DNA of 64,000 nt from a virus (taxonomy: Duplodnaviria > Caudoviricetes). Location of the stretch: positions 51,487 through 115,486 of IMG/VR virus record IMGVR_UViG_3300034104_005543; one strand, 5' to 3'. The notes under the pieces are model-generated. The model was not told where the DNA came from. It ran no database searches and saw only the letters and a program-made list of their open reading frames with translations. Below, one piece after another: positions 53,980-63,041 of the stretch. How positions within the stretch are numbered: the stretch's first letter is position 1; each line of letters starts with the position of its first letter. A program made the position numbers and the translations under genes.

Positions 53980-54243
53980 ATGTTAGATAAAATTAAAAGT
54001 TACTTTACACCGATATTGGCTAGTATATTGGGTTTATTAATATGGACGGATTTACAGACCATTAAGTCAAAACTTGACATATTAATGGAAGAAAGAGCTG
54101 CCATAAAAGAGAGGCTTGATTTTAACGACAAAAGTATTGAAGAGTTGCAACAACTTTTCCCCAGAAAAGTAACATTTTACAAACAATCATTGTTTATAAG
54201 AGATGATAAATTTCCTAAATTTGATAAAAAGAAACATAGTTAA
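53980..54243 (+). CDS. Small membrane protein (one TM plus coiled coil), holin/antiholin-like
   Basis: ILASILGLLIW followed by a heptad pattern. Confidence 0.6.
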   Translation: MLDKIKSYFTPILASILGLLIWTDLQTIKSKLDILMEERAAIKERLDFNDKSIEELQQLFPRKVTFYKQSLFIRDDKFPKFDKKKHS

Positions 54244-54418
54244 ATCCTATAAAACAACTACTGTAGGTTTAATTTTACTAATAGCAGGTATCGCTAGTGT
54301 TTTTTACGAAAAAGCTACCTGGATTGATTCGACCGGTATAATCTTAGTAGGAATAGGACTTATCATATCTCCTGATACCATAAAGAAAAAAATTGATTCT
54401 GAAACACCATGTCCATAA
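54203..54418 (+). CDS. Putative two-TM holin
   Basis: SYKTTTVGLILLIAGIASVF...GIILVGIGLII; exact start uncertain. Confidence 0.65.
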   Translation: MINFLNLIKRNIVKSYKTTTVGLILLIAGIASVFYEKATWIDSTGIILVGIGLIISPDTIKKKIDSETPCP

Positions 54419-54720
54419 AAACTGAATCTTACTTTCCTATACTATTAATAGTTATAGGATTTGCGTGTTTGTTTCTTTTCATAAACAACTCTAACAAAAA
54501 AGAGAAGTCTATTATTACAATGGAACCTAATGAATATCGTATGAAGATTGAAAGCTTGTCAAATGAAAACCACAAGCTCCGTCTTTATTCGGATAGTTTA
54601 TTAGCAATTCCTTATAGCGCGACTAAAGAAACAATAAGAATAAGAAGTAGAAAAGAGATTCAAATCTTATCTGATCTAAATAGTGAACAATTAGATAGTG
54701 CCATAAGAAAAAACTGGTAG
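54409..54720 (+). CDS. Putative inner-membrane spanin-like protein
   Basis: N-terminal TM ILLIVIGFACLFLFI followed by coiled coil. Confidence 0.55.
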   Translation: MSIKTESYFPILLIVIGFACLFLFINNSNKKEKSIITMEPNEYRMKIESLSNENHKLRLYSDSLLAIPYSATKETIRIRSRKEIQILSDLNSEQLDSAIRKNW

Positions 54721-54721
54721 T

Positions 54722-55105
54722 ATGAAACATTTTACAACATCAATAATACTTTGCTTTCTTTGTTTTAGCTTGTATTGTCAATCGCAAGATACTTTTAAAT
54801 GCTACAACGCAAATGAATTGCGCAGAATAGCTACTAGATTGATAGAAAAGAAACAGTGTGATAGCATCCTATCTGTAGCAAATGAAGAAATAACTACTTT
54901 ATACGATGTGATTTACGTAAAAGATATTATAATCTACAATACAGATAGCATTACCAAACTTCAAGCAGACAGAATAAAAGAATTAGAAACTAATTATCAA
55001 AAACTGTCTAATACAAACAACAGTCTTAATAATAAACAAAAGTGGTTACTAACAGGTCTTTTAGCATCTCTGTTAACTAACATTGCCCTTATACTTACCA
55101 AGTAA
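54722..55105 (+). CDS. Exported coiled-coil protein with C-terminal hydrophobic anchor, spanin-like
   Basis: Signal-like MKHFTTSIILCFLCFSLYC; C-terminal WLLTGLLASLLTNIALIL. Confidence 0.55.
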   Translation: MKHFTTSIILCFLCFSLYCQSQDTFKCYNANELRRIATRLIEKKQCDSILSVANEEITTLYDVIYVKDIIIYNTDSITKLQADRIKELETNYQKLSNTNNSLNNKQKWLLTGLLASLLTNIALILTK

Positions 55106-55802
55106 TAGGCTCCTGTTTAATAGATTCTAAATATCTATTAATCTTATTAAAACAGTCTTTAGAATCCCATTCTATTTTTTGATACGCAGCAAAAGCTGGG
55201 TGGTCTGTTTTAATTTTTAGAAAATTATCAGGTAAATAATCTTCCCAAGAACATGCATGCTTACCCATAAATACAAAAGCTGTATCAGGTCTTGCAAATA
55301 TAAGACTATCAAGTACTTGTGCTACCATAGGTTTCCATCTCATCATATGATTTTCTGGGCTACCTACACCTGTAGTAAGAGAACAATTAAGTAGTAAAAC
55401 ACCTTGGTTTGCCCACCTTTCTAAATTACCATCTACACAAATAAGTTTACCATCATAGACAGTTTTGTTTATCTGTGTAAACATTAAAGAAAGTGATTTT
55501 TCTACTCGTTTACCTTTTTGAGTACAAGAAAATGCTAAACCATCTGGTACTCCTACATAAGGATAAGGAGATTGACCTAATATGACAACCCTTGTCTTAT
55601 CAAAATGACATGTTTCAAATGCTCTAAATATCTGAGCAACTTTTGGTACAAAACGCCTACCATCCTGCGCTTCTCGTAAAAGATCAGTCAGTATAGGAGG
55701 TAGTTTTTCTTCACAAAAAAATCTAAGTTTTTGGTCCCAACCTGTATTTTCTAGTTTTTTAATGAGTTTTTCTCTAACTTCGTCTAAATTTATAAATTCC
55801 AT
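55095..55802 (-). CDS. ung: Uracil-DNA glycosylase family 1 (atypical motifs)
   Basis: VVILGQSPYP, GLAFS, WANQGVLLLN, HPA. Confidence 0.88.
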   Translation of the reverse strand: MEFINLDEVREKLIKKLENTGWDQKLRFFCEEKLPPILTDLLREAQDGRRFVPKVAQIFRAFETCHFDKTRVVILGQSPYPYVGVPDGLAFSCTQKGKRVEKSLSLMFTQINKTVYDGKLICVDGNLERWANQGVLLLNCSLTTGVGSPENHMMRWKPMVAQVLDSLIFARPDTAFVFMGKHACSWEDYLPDNFLKIKTDHPAFAAYQKIEWDSKDCFNKINRYLESIKQEPITW

Positions 55803-56103
55803 GAAAGTAATTAGTCCTGAATCGATTGTTGAAATTAAAGTTTCTGGCGCTTTCTATGCTAGACTACAGCAACTTGCTATCCATAACATGGATGGTAAAA
55901 CTACTGAAGACGTACAGAAAGCAATGCAGTTATTGCAAGAAGGTAAATTTGAAGACCCTTGGTCCTACCACTATGCTACTATCGTAGTTCTTCTTTCTAC
56001 TATAGAAAATGAAGCAGTAAAGCAAAACAAAGTAGTAGAAAAAGAAATTACCGACGATATCATCATTCCTGATAGACCTGCTGCTGAAGAATCAAATTCC
56101 TAA
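55801..56103 (+). CDS. Hypothetical 100-aa protein, isolated on the + strand
   Basis: ATG at 55801 (MKVISPESIVEIKVSGAFYARLQQL); fills the gap between two - strand genes. Confidence 0.65.
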   Translation: MKVISPESIVEIKVSGAFYARLQQLAIHNMDGKTTEDVQKAMQLLQEGKFEDPWSYHYATIVVLLSTIENEAVKQNKVVEKEITDDIIIPDRPAAEESNS

Positions 56104-56475
56104 ATCAGCACACTCTGTTTCTACCAGGTTAATTACATAGTCTAATTCGTCACGAGTACAATCTCCAAATGACTTACAGATTATGTATTTGTCACCGTCA
56201 ATAGTTTTTTCAATGCAAAAGCCCGCTTTTTTCTTGATTCTGATTTTCTCATCAGAAGCACTGTTACCGGTAAATTTTGCAATGTCTCTAATGGAGGCGT
56301 GAAGTTTAGCTAATTGAGCTAGACTTCCGTCTCCACTAGTGCGATTAACAAACAATTCTATAACCTCGTTTTCTTTCAAACTTTCCTTAAACATTTTAAA
56401 CTTAAGTTTGTCAGCATGTTGTTGGTAAACTAACTCGCTACCTTCTTTAACCATTCTAACTGTTAAATTTTTCAT
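56092..56475 (-). CDS. NinB/Orf-like hypothetical protein
   Basis: SLAQLAKLHASIRDIAKFTG...KSFGDCTRDELD. Confidence 0.5.
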   Translation of the reverse strand: MKNLTVRMVKEGSELVYQQHADKLKFKMFKESLKENEVIELFVNRTSGDGSLAQLAKLHASIRDIAKFTGNSASDEKIRIKKKAGFCIEKTIDGDKYIICKSFGDCTRDELDYVINLVETECADLGI

Positions 56476-57524
56476 ATAAAATTTTCAATGTAAGTTATTT
56501 TAGAAGAATCATACTTAGTAAGAGCATTTTTAATCCAATGTTCTTCTATAGTTTTTTTGTAGCAAAGAATGTGTACGGTACAAGTTTTATCAGGAGATAG
56601 TCGTAGTAATCTACCTATTCTCTGCTGAGTTATTCTAGGATTAGAATAAGCATGCATGATAATACCTGTTTCTAAATTTGGTATATTGATACCTTCGTTT
56701 AGTTGTTGCACACAAACTAGCTGATTGATATATCCATCAGAAAAATCTTGTAGATTCTGTTGAGAATCAGGATTATCAGAATGATAAGAAATACCTAATC
56801 TATCAGCTTGAGCTTTCTTGTTTACGAAAATAATAGTCTTACTATCAATAGTTCGAGCAAGTTGTTCTATATAAGCTATCTTGCTATTAAATCCTGTCAA
56901 AACACTAAGTATCTTAATAGGATCTCCCATAGCTAAATATTTATTATAACTAGCTTGTTCTGAAGTAATAAAACTTTTACTCTTATCTGGACCGTAGTGT
57001 ATTGTTAGATTTTTACGAGGGTCTAATTCTACAGCATGAACAATTATTCTATAATCATTAATAATGTTCATTGCTATAACATCGTCTTCGTATATCTCAT
57101 AACAAATAGGAATATTATACTTTACTATTTCTTTTTTGAAACCATAAACAGGTGGAGTACCTGTAAGACCTAATATAGGTCCTTTATATAATTTCCTAAT
57201 CCAGTCTGCATGTGCTAATGTAAGAGAATGAACCTCGTCAAAAATTATAAACTCTACTTCATTAGGGTCTAGATTATTTAGACTGCGGTAAGTAGTAAAA
57301 ACTAAATCTAGATTAGCATTATGTTTTATATTCTCGTCTTTCCATGTTTTGTACATAGATACCTTTGGTACTACAACATGAACTTTAGAATACTGTTTAG
57401 CAATGTCTAGTGCAACTTTAGTTTTACCTGCACCAACACTCATTACAATAGTTCTTCTGTGTTTATCGTAAGCTTTGTCGTAAGCTTCTTTTTGTATAAA
57501 TTCCCTTTGCTCCGTCCCAGTCAT
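56472..57524 (-). CDS. Superfamily 2 helicase
   Basis: GAGKT, DEVH, GLTGT, NEGINIP, QRIGR. Confidence 0.9.
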   Translation of the reverse strand: MTGTEQREFIQKEAYDKAYDKHRRTIVMSVGAGKTKVALDIAKQYSKVHVVVPKVSMYKTWKDENIKHNANLDLVFTTYRSLNNLDPNEVEFIIFDEVHSLTLAHADWIRKLYKGPILGLTGTPPVYGFKKEIVKYNIPICYEIYEDDVIAMNIINDYRIIVHAVELDPRKNLTIHYGPDKSKSFITSEQASYNKYLAMGDPIKILSVLTGFNSKIAYIEQLARTIDSKTIIFVNKKAQADRLGISYHSDNPDSQQNLQDFSDGYINQLVCVQQLNEGINIPNLETGIIMHAYSNPRITQQRIGRLLRLSPDKTCTVHILCYKKTIEEHWIKNALTKYDSSKITYIENFI

Positions 57525-58311
57525 ACTCGTTTAATAATTTAGCGATAGTTGATGTGTAATCTGTCTCTACTTCTTCAACATGACTCCAGTTTTTAAGAAC
57601 AAGAGCTTTACTCTTAATAGAACTAAAGTTACTATATGCTTCTTTAAGAACATTGTAATATCTCTGAGCATTTTTGTAATTAGTACCGGAGTTAAACTTG
57701 CTATAAAAGTCTAGAGTTCTGATGTAGGAAAAGTGATGCATTACTCCTTTAAGAATAGTGCTTGTTTCATAGGGAAGTATTCTAGTTGCATCTAGTAAAT
57801 GCTTTCTAGGATTACTACCGTTGTATTCTTTATCCCTAATCTTTGTAATAAATGGTACCAAAAACTTAGGGTCCTCATCGTAGAAAACTTCAGGATACTT
57901 ATAGTATGTTCTTATTCTACTAAAGTAAACATCTTTTTCTCCTTTATCTTCTATAACTTGTTCAAATAAATTAGGTAGATATAACTCATCAGCATCCATA
58001 GTAATAAAATGAGTACAACCATGCTCTTTAGCTAATCGCAAACCTATATTTCTTTTCTCACATTCATTTTCCTGTAAAGAAGCTCCGTCATCAGGTTTAT
58101 ATAATACAAGTGTATCTACAAGTTTTTCAGCTTTAAGATGTTTAATGACATCTTTAATCTTATCGTTAAAAACAAGACCGTTATTACTAACTTCTTGATA
58201 CACTATACTTAAATGTGTAGCAAATGGTTTAACAAAACGCAGATTCATTTCTAGCATTTCGTAACCATCAAACATATTTACGGAAATCCCTAACTTAATC
58301 ATACTATTCAT
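57463..58311 (-). CDS. GT-A fold (family 2-like) glycosyltransferase
   Basis: KRNIGL..A...GCTHFITMDADE; MHHFSYIR. Confidence 0.8.
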   Translation of the reverse strand: MNSMIKLGISVNMFDGYEMLEMNLRFVKPFATHLSIVYQEVSNNGLVFNDKIKDVIKHLKAEKLVDTLVLYKPDDGASLQENECEKRNIGLRLAKEHGCTHFITMDADELYLPNLFEQVIEDKGEKDVYFSRIRTYYKYPEVFYDEDPKFLVPFITKIRDKEYNGSNPRKHLLDATRILPYETSTILKGVMHHFSYIRTLDFYSKFNSGTNYKNAQRYYNVLKEAYSNFSSIKSKALVLKNWSHVEEVETDYTSTIAKLLNEYDWDGAKGIYTKRSLRQSLR

Positions 58312-58594
58312 ACTTAACTATTATACATCTTTTAAGAACTTTCAGTAGATTTTCATCTATTACTTTAAGAATAAACTCTTTTGCTTTTGCTTCAGAATAA
58401 AACAAACGCCCGCGTTTATTAAAAAAAGTATTAAGAATGTGATTCTCTACTACAGGGTTAAAGGTAACAGATACTAAACTACCGTTACCTTGTTTTCTGT
58501 ACATAACTACATCTCCTGGTTTAGGCATTTCTTTAATAGAAAAGTATAAACCAGAAACAGGATCTTTAATCTTGTATTTTTCCTTCATTTTCAA
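58304..58594 (-). CDS. Hypothetical protein
   Basis: 96-aa ORF in the operon. Confidence 0.6.
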   Translation of the reverse strand: MKMKEKYKIKDPVSGLYFSIKEMPKPGDVVMYRKQGNGSLVSVTFNPVVENHILNTFFNKRGRLFYSEAKAKEFILKVIDENLLKVLKRCIIVKYE

Positions 58595-59597
58595 TTATAA
58601 ATCTATACTGAACAAAACCTTGGAAATTATTACACCAACCTTTTTCGCTACCATTTCTGGTATAGTAATCTACTTCTTCTTTACTCATAGCTCTAGCACA
58701 ATGCTCAAAAGGACTCATGTGCTTTTCTGTAAGAAGTTTATAAAACAATTTTAGATCAGCTTCATAATCAATTTTAGGTTCATCACCTAATGTTTGATAT
58801 GATAAACGAGCACATCTAGCAGTTGATATTTTTATTCTAGCATCATCTGTTCTCTCAAATTCGTCTTCAGGATTAATTAAAAACCAAACTTCATTATCAG
58901 AAATATTATCACCAAAAGGAATATGCCATTCACCAGATAATAATTTTTCAGGTTTTGATAAACAAAACTCTTCATACATTAACTCTGCAATTTGCTGAAT
59001 ATGTATTTCTGCAGGTGATTCGTCTATAGATAACCAATCTAATGTTTCAAATTGACCTTCATCGCTAGTATTAGTTCTTCTAAAATACTCACCTTTACTT
59101 CTAGCTATCTGTTCAATAGGATTACCCTCGCGATCAACAAGATAATACTTATACTTAGGGCACCTAAGTTCAAAGAAATTAAGCAAACCTGGTAGACTAG
59201 TAGTTATTATTTCTGTGGTCCATGTAAAAGGTTCTACCAAACGATTAGTTAATTGTTTAGTCAACTCTTTAGCATGTAACCTCATAGCATCTGTAATAAC
59301 ATTATTCTTAATGTTTAACCATTCTCTTTCAAAAGTCTCAGCTTCAATACCTTTAAAATAATAATCACCCTGCATACCAGAATGTTTTTTCTGCCATGCA
59401 ATAGGAACAAAACAATTATCTTTTAAATCGCTTTCGGTTTTACTAAAAGGAATAGCTCTAGAAGAAGAAGTATTTCTTGAAAAAGCTCTATGTCTACACA
59501 TTTCTGCGTGTATAATGCGAGGGTATGTAACAATAAAAGTTACTAGCTCGTGATTAAATTCTGTAATTGAATGCTTAATTATTTCTGCTTTGTACAT
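58566..59597 (-). CDS. thyX: Flavin-dependent thymidylate synthase, phage type
   Basis: RHRAFSRNTSSSR motif; KQLTNRL; FFELR; HMSPFEH. Confidence 0.88.
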   Translation of the reverse strand: MYKAEIIKHSITEFNHELVTFIVTYPRIIHAEMCRHRAFSRNTSSSRAIPFSKTESDLKDNCFVPIAWQKKHSGMQGDYYFKGIEAETFEREWLNIKNNVITDAMRLHAKELTKQLTNRLVEPFTWTTEIITTSLPGLLNFFELRCPKYKYYLVDREGNPIEQIARSKGEYFRRTNTSDEGQFETLDWLSIDESPAEIHIQQIAELMYEEFCLSKPEKLLSGEWHIPFGDNISDNEVWFLINPEDEFERTDDARIKISTARCARLSYQTLGDEPKIDYEADLKLFYKLLTEKHMSPFEHCARAMSKEEVDYYTRNGSEKGWCNNFQGFVQYRFIIENEGKIQD

Positions 59598-60163
59598 AAT
59601 TCTTCTGTTAATAGTTCTTTGTCTATATGCTCTATAATACCATTCTTGAATATATCACTATCTCCGTAAAAACCTGAAAGAGAATTAACTATCTCTTTAT
59701 GAGTATGTCCTAGATTACAAACTTGTTCTTTATATAAAGTAAATTTGTAGACTTCTCCTGTAAGATAACTATCATATAATGCAACTTCATTATCAATTAT
59801 TTCAGATGCTTTATTTTCATGTATTCCTTCTCGATCTAACGCTTCTTGTGTAACATAAACAAAACCTATTTGACCACTATCCCATCTACAAGAAAAAGGA
59901 GTGGTGCTAATAGTAATACCAGAATGATCGTATAAATATAACGGTTTTATAGCTATAATATTATTATCTGATTCTAAAAATTCTTTTAGTTGATTCCAAC
60001 CATCAAAATATTCTGATTTTAAATCGTTTACATCTCCTAATGTATATCTTTTATGAAAGCAAACCATTGTGGTTATGTTATCAAAATCGACTCGTGGATT
60101 TAAAGGGTTTATGTCTTGTTCTACTATAAGAACATGATTATTTTTAAGTTTATATTCTTCCAT
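59579..60163 (-). CDS. Hypothetical protein with YDHSG...WDSGQ motif
   Basis: ATG at 60163 preferred over TTG at 60172, which abuts the terminator. Confidence 0.7.
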   Translation of the reverse strand: MEEYKLKNNHVLIVEQDINPLNPRVDFDNITTMVCFHKRYTLGDVNDLKSEYFDGWNQLKEFLESDNNIIAIKPLYLYDHSGITISTTPFSCRWDSGQIGFVYVTQEALDREGIHENKASEIIDNEVALYDSYLTGEVYKFTLYKEQVCNLGHTHKEIVNSLSGFYGDSDIFKNGIIEHIDKELLTEELCTKQK

Positions 60164-60173
60164 TTCAAACAAT

Positions 60174-60198
60174 AAAAAAGGGGAACCTAATTCCCCTT
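60174..60198 (-). terminator. Intrinsic terminator closing the 61489-60223 cassette
   Basis: aaggggaa (60178-60185)/ttcccctt (60191-60198) with A-tract 60174-60179. Confidence 0.8.
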
Positions 60199-60222
60199 AA
60201 ACTAAATTAATTACTTAAATAC

Positions 60223-60438
60223 TTATTGGTTAAACCAATTTTCCCATTCTTTAGCTTCTGCAAGAGTAGCTTTAGGTGACTTATTAGGAATTACCATTCC
60301 TTGGTTATCACCTGGTTCCTGAAACTCTGAAATAGAAAATATACCATAGAAATCAGAAGATTCTAGTTCTTGAACTGCTTTAACTGTTCTTACACCAAAG
60401 GCAGTATTGCATCTGTAAAAGTGATCTATTTGTATCAT
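60223..60438 (-). CDS. Hypothetical protein
   Basis: 71-aa ORF coupled (4-nt overlap) to the upstream gene. Confidence 0.65.
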   Translation of the reverse strand: MIQIDHFYRCNTAFGVRTVKAVQELESSDFYGIFSISEFQEPGDNQGMVIPNKSPKATLAEAKEWENWFNQ

Positions 60439-61001
60439 AGCTGTAATTTATAAATTCTAAACACTGTTCCTACTGCATATCCTCCTGTAATACTAGGGAA
60501 TCTAAACTGTACACTTGTTATGTTAGTAGAGTTATCTTTCCAAATGCCACCAAATGTAGGATAAAGAGGTACTGCCGCTTGATTTATTCCAGTTGTAACA
60601 CAGTTTCCTTGAACAGCTCTATTTTTACCTGTAACAGCATCAATAACTATATCAAACATTGTCATAGAAGTACTACCACTATTAGGAGCCATAAATATAG
60701 AAGGTTGATTATTAGAACCAACACTTGATGCAGCACCTACATACGAATAACGGCTATCATAAACATTTGTTACAATTCCATTAAACGTTAAACTATGTGT
60801 ATCTGCACTAACTGCATTTACAGAAGTACCTTGAATTCTATAGCTTTGATCTACATTACCGTTCAATCCTGTAATATCAATAGTAGTTTGCGCACCTACC
60901 AGATATGTAGTTCTATTTTCTAATATAGCAGGAATTGCAGTTACAACTTTATATTGTTGTAGTAAAACAAATCCAGGTTCTGAAGTTCTTAAACTAATCA
61001 T
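60435..61001 (-). CDS. Beta-rich putative tail-fibre/receptor-binding or decoration protein
   Basis: T/S/G/N-rich; ends GGIWKDNSTNITSVQF...GTVFRIYK, a fibre-tip-like ending. Confidence 0.55.
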   Translation of the reverse strand: MISLRTSEPGFVLLQQYKVVTAIPAILENRTTYLVGAQTTIDITGLNGNVDQSYRIQGTSVNAVSADTHSLTFNGIVTNVYDSRYSYVGAASSVGSNNQPSIFMAPNSGSTSMTMFDIVIDAVTGKNRAVQGNCVTTGINQAAVPLYPTFGGIWKDNSTNITSVQFRFPSITGGYAVGTVFRIYKLQL

Positions 61002-61003
61002 AA

Positions 61004-61489
61004 TTATTTTGCTTCAATAATGTATAATGTACCTGCAGTTCTAGTGTAAGAAATACTAGGGTATTTGTGACCAGGCAAGTAAGGATATTCTTTTACTGAT
61101 AATTTAGGAATAGTTATACCATTAATACTACCTGCAAAATCTTCACTAGTTACAAAAGTCATGTAAAGATTATCAGCTGCAGTAGAACCACTGCTAGTAA
61201 CAGCACTTTCTGTTACTGTAAGAGTTGCAGGACTTACTGTAGGAATAATCTGAGTTTTCTGAGTACCGTTAGTCTGTCTGTTATGAATAGTCTGTAATTC
61301 AGCTGTTGAATTAGCAGCATAAACATTTATTGAAGATAAATAAGCATTAGCTTGTTGCGTATCAATATAAATATTATTCAATATCGCAGTTATAGAAGAA
61401 GATGTAGTTGTAATAGTTGAAATTACTTCTTCTAATAATTGCTTTTTAGCTAATTCATCTTTATGATATTGAGCACTAACGTCGTACAT
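61004..61489 (-). CDS. T/S/A-rich putative structural protein
   Basis: Helical N-terminal half and beta C-terminal half; composition unlike neighbouring enzymes. Confidence 0.5.
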   Translation of the reverse strand: MYDVSAQYHKDELAKKQLLEEVISTITTTSSSITAILNNIYIDTQQANAYLSSINVYAANSTAELQTIHNRQTNGTQKTQIIPTVSPATLTVTESAVTSSGSTAADNLYMTFVTSEDFAGSINGITIPKLSVKEYPYLPGHKYPSISYTRTAGTLYIIEAK

Positions 61490-61553
61490 AACTTTATAAA
61501 TTACAGTTGTATATGTAATTTAATAAAATTTTGTAAGTTTTACTATAAACTTT

Positions 61554-61934
61554 TTAAGTTTTTAGTCTAGATTCTGATAAACCTAAATCTTTTGCTTCAC
61601 TTGGATTGTTTTCTATGTAATCATGACAGTTACGACAAACGGCTAAGAAAAAGTTAGTATCAATAAGTAAACTACCAATTCTTCCTTTTTTGTGATGAAC
61701 TTCAGTAGAAGAAATACTGCACCCAGGTAAACCTGCTTGACATTTAGTATGCTTTATAAGAAATGCTTTACGAATTAAAGAATAACTTTTTTCAGCTACT
61801 ACCTGCTTTTCAGATTTCTTTGTAATTGTCTTGGGGTTTTTCCTACTCCAACAAGACTTACAATAGAGATCCCCTCTATCATTTTTCCAAATGACAGAGG
61901 GTTTCTCACATGCGCAGCAATCTTTAAGCCTCAT
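61554..61934 (-). CDS. HNH nuclease (NinG-like), zinc-binding
   Basis: CQAGLPGC...EVHHKKGR...LAVCRNCHDYI. Confidence 0.75.
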   Translation of the reverse strand: MRLKDCCACEKPSVIWKNDRGDLYCKSCWSRKNPKTITKKSEKQVVAEKSYSLIRKAFLIKHTKCQAGLPGCSISSTEVHHKKGRIGSLLIDTNFFLAVCRNCHDYIENNPSEAKDLGLSESRLKT

Positions 61935-62130
61935 GCTCTAAGTTGCCGGTAGATTGTGGTTGAATAACCAAAGCTCTTGTGTGGGTTACAGAACCAACTG
62001 CAAAACCATTGCGAGCTTCTACTATCTCATTATTCTGTGATGCTAACACTTTAAGAATTTCTTCTTCTAGTGGTGTTTCAGGAATAAGAATGAGCTTAGT
62101 TGAACCGTTGATAATTGTTTCTACTTTCAT
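61924..62130 (-). CDS. Hypothetical protein
   Basis: 68-aa ORF in the operon. Confidence 0.6.
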   Translation of the reverse strand: MKVETIINGSTKLILIPETPLEEEILKVLASQNNEIVEARNGFAVGSVTHTRALVIQPQSTGNLEHEA

Positions 62131-62531
62131 AAGTTTTCTTTCAATTCTGAATTAATACCGTAAAAGTTTTTGGGAAGAACACCAGAATCCATTAGTTTTT
62201 CAATAATGTCTTCTTTAGTAATACCTAAGTCTTTAAAAGACATAGGACACACTTTATTCAAATCAACAGCGTCTCCGTATTTTATAGTAAATACTTGAGT
62301 CAATTCTGTTTTAGGAAAAAAGTGTTGCATAAAAGCATTAGCCCATTCATTAACACGTTCTTGTTTCAAACGATTAATTGCGATCTGAGCTTTTCTGAAC
62401 TTGTTGCGAATTTTGTGATAATCTGCAACAGATAAATCTTTCTTAACTTCATCATCGCATGCATTTTCGCCATGCAGACAAATGTTAAAAAGAAGTTTTT
62501 GTGTTTGATTGAGTTTTGTTGATGTTTGCAT
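62127..62531 (-). CDS. Hypothetical protein
   Basis: 134-aa ORF with an A-rich leader. Confidence 0.7.
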   Translation of the reverse strand: MQTSTKLNQTQKLLFNICLHGENACDDEVKKDLSVADYHKIRNKFRKAQIAINRLKQERVNEWANAFMQHFFPKTELTQVFTIKYGDAVDLNKVCPMSFKDLGITKEDIIEKLMDSGVLPKNFYGINSELKENL

Positions 62532-62548
62532 TGTTTTGTTTTTAAAAG

Positions 62549-62803
62549 TTAATGATCAATAAAAAGGTCGTCCTTTACTTCAATTAATTTTTCCTCGGAG
62601 CTTATCTCATCTAGTTCTACTAAAGACAATAGAGTATCATCTTCTAGTATAGAATGCTTTCTAAGTACAGAACCGTGAAAAGGATTGGTAATATATTCTC
62701 CATCAAAATCTGCTAATAACAGCTGATGAATATTGTCAGGGTAGCTTAGGTATGTATCAACATCCATTATTACTACCCTACCATCACTTAAAGAATAATG
62801 CAT
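62549..62803 (-). CDS. Small acidic hypothetical protein
   Basis: 84-aa ORF following an AT-rich intergenic region. Confidence 0.7.
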   Translation of the reverse strand: MHYSLSDGRVVIMDVDTYLSYPDNIHQLLLADFDGEYITNPFHGSVLRKHSILEDDTLLSLVELDEISSEEKLIEVKDDLFIDH

Positions 62804-62885
62804 AATATATAAATATAATATGCGAATATACCAAAATTAATTTCAGTAAATAATATAAATTTTTTTAGTTTAAACTTACTTGGTA

Positions 62886-63041
62886 TTAAGCTGTTTTCTT
62901 GTTTCGTTGTACATTATTGTAATGAATTAATGTATTTCGTGCAGTATTCAGTTCCTGCTCTGTAAAACTAACAGTTTGTATTTTGTTTAGTTTATACCTG
63001 TGGTTTTCCATTAGTATGTCAACGGCTTGTTGTAGTTCCAT
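62886..63041 (-). CDS. Small hypothetical protein (51 aa), not in the ORF track
   Basis: MELQQAVDILMENHRYKLNK...KKTA*; its ATG lies inside the 24-bp connector repeat. Confidence 0.5.
   Translation of the reverse strand: MELQQAVDILMENHRYKLNKIQTVSFTEQELNTARNTLIHYNNVQRNKKTA

Noticed and set aside
38121-59597. Uracil-substituted genome suggested by dCTP deaminase
   Set aside because: ThyX and a MazG-like pyrophosphatase point to dTTP synthesis; the atypical UDG leaves only slight doubt.
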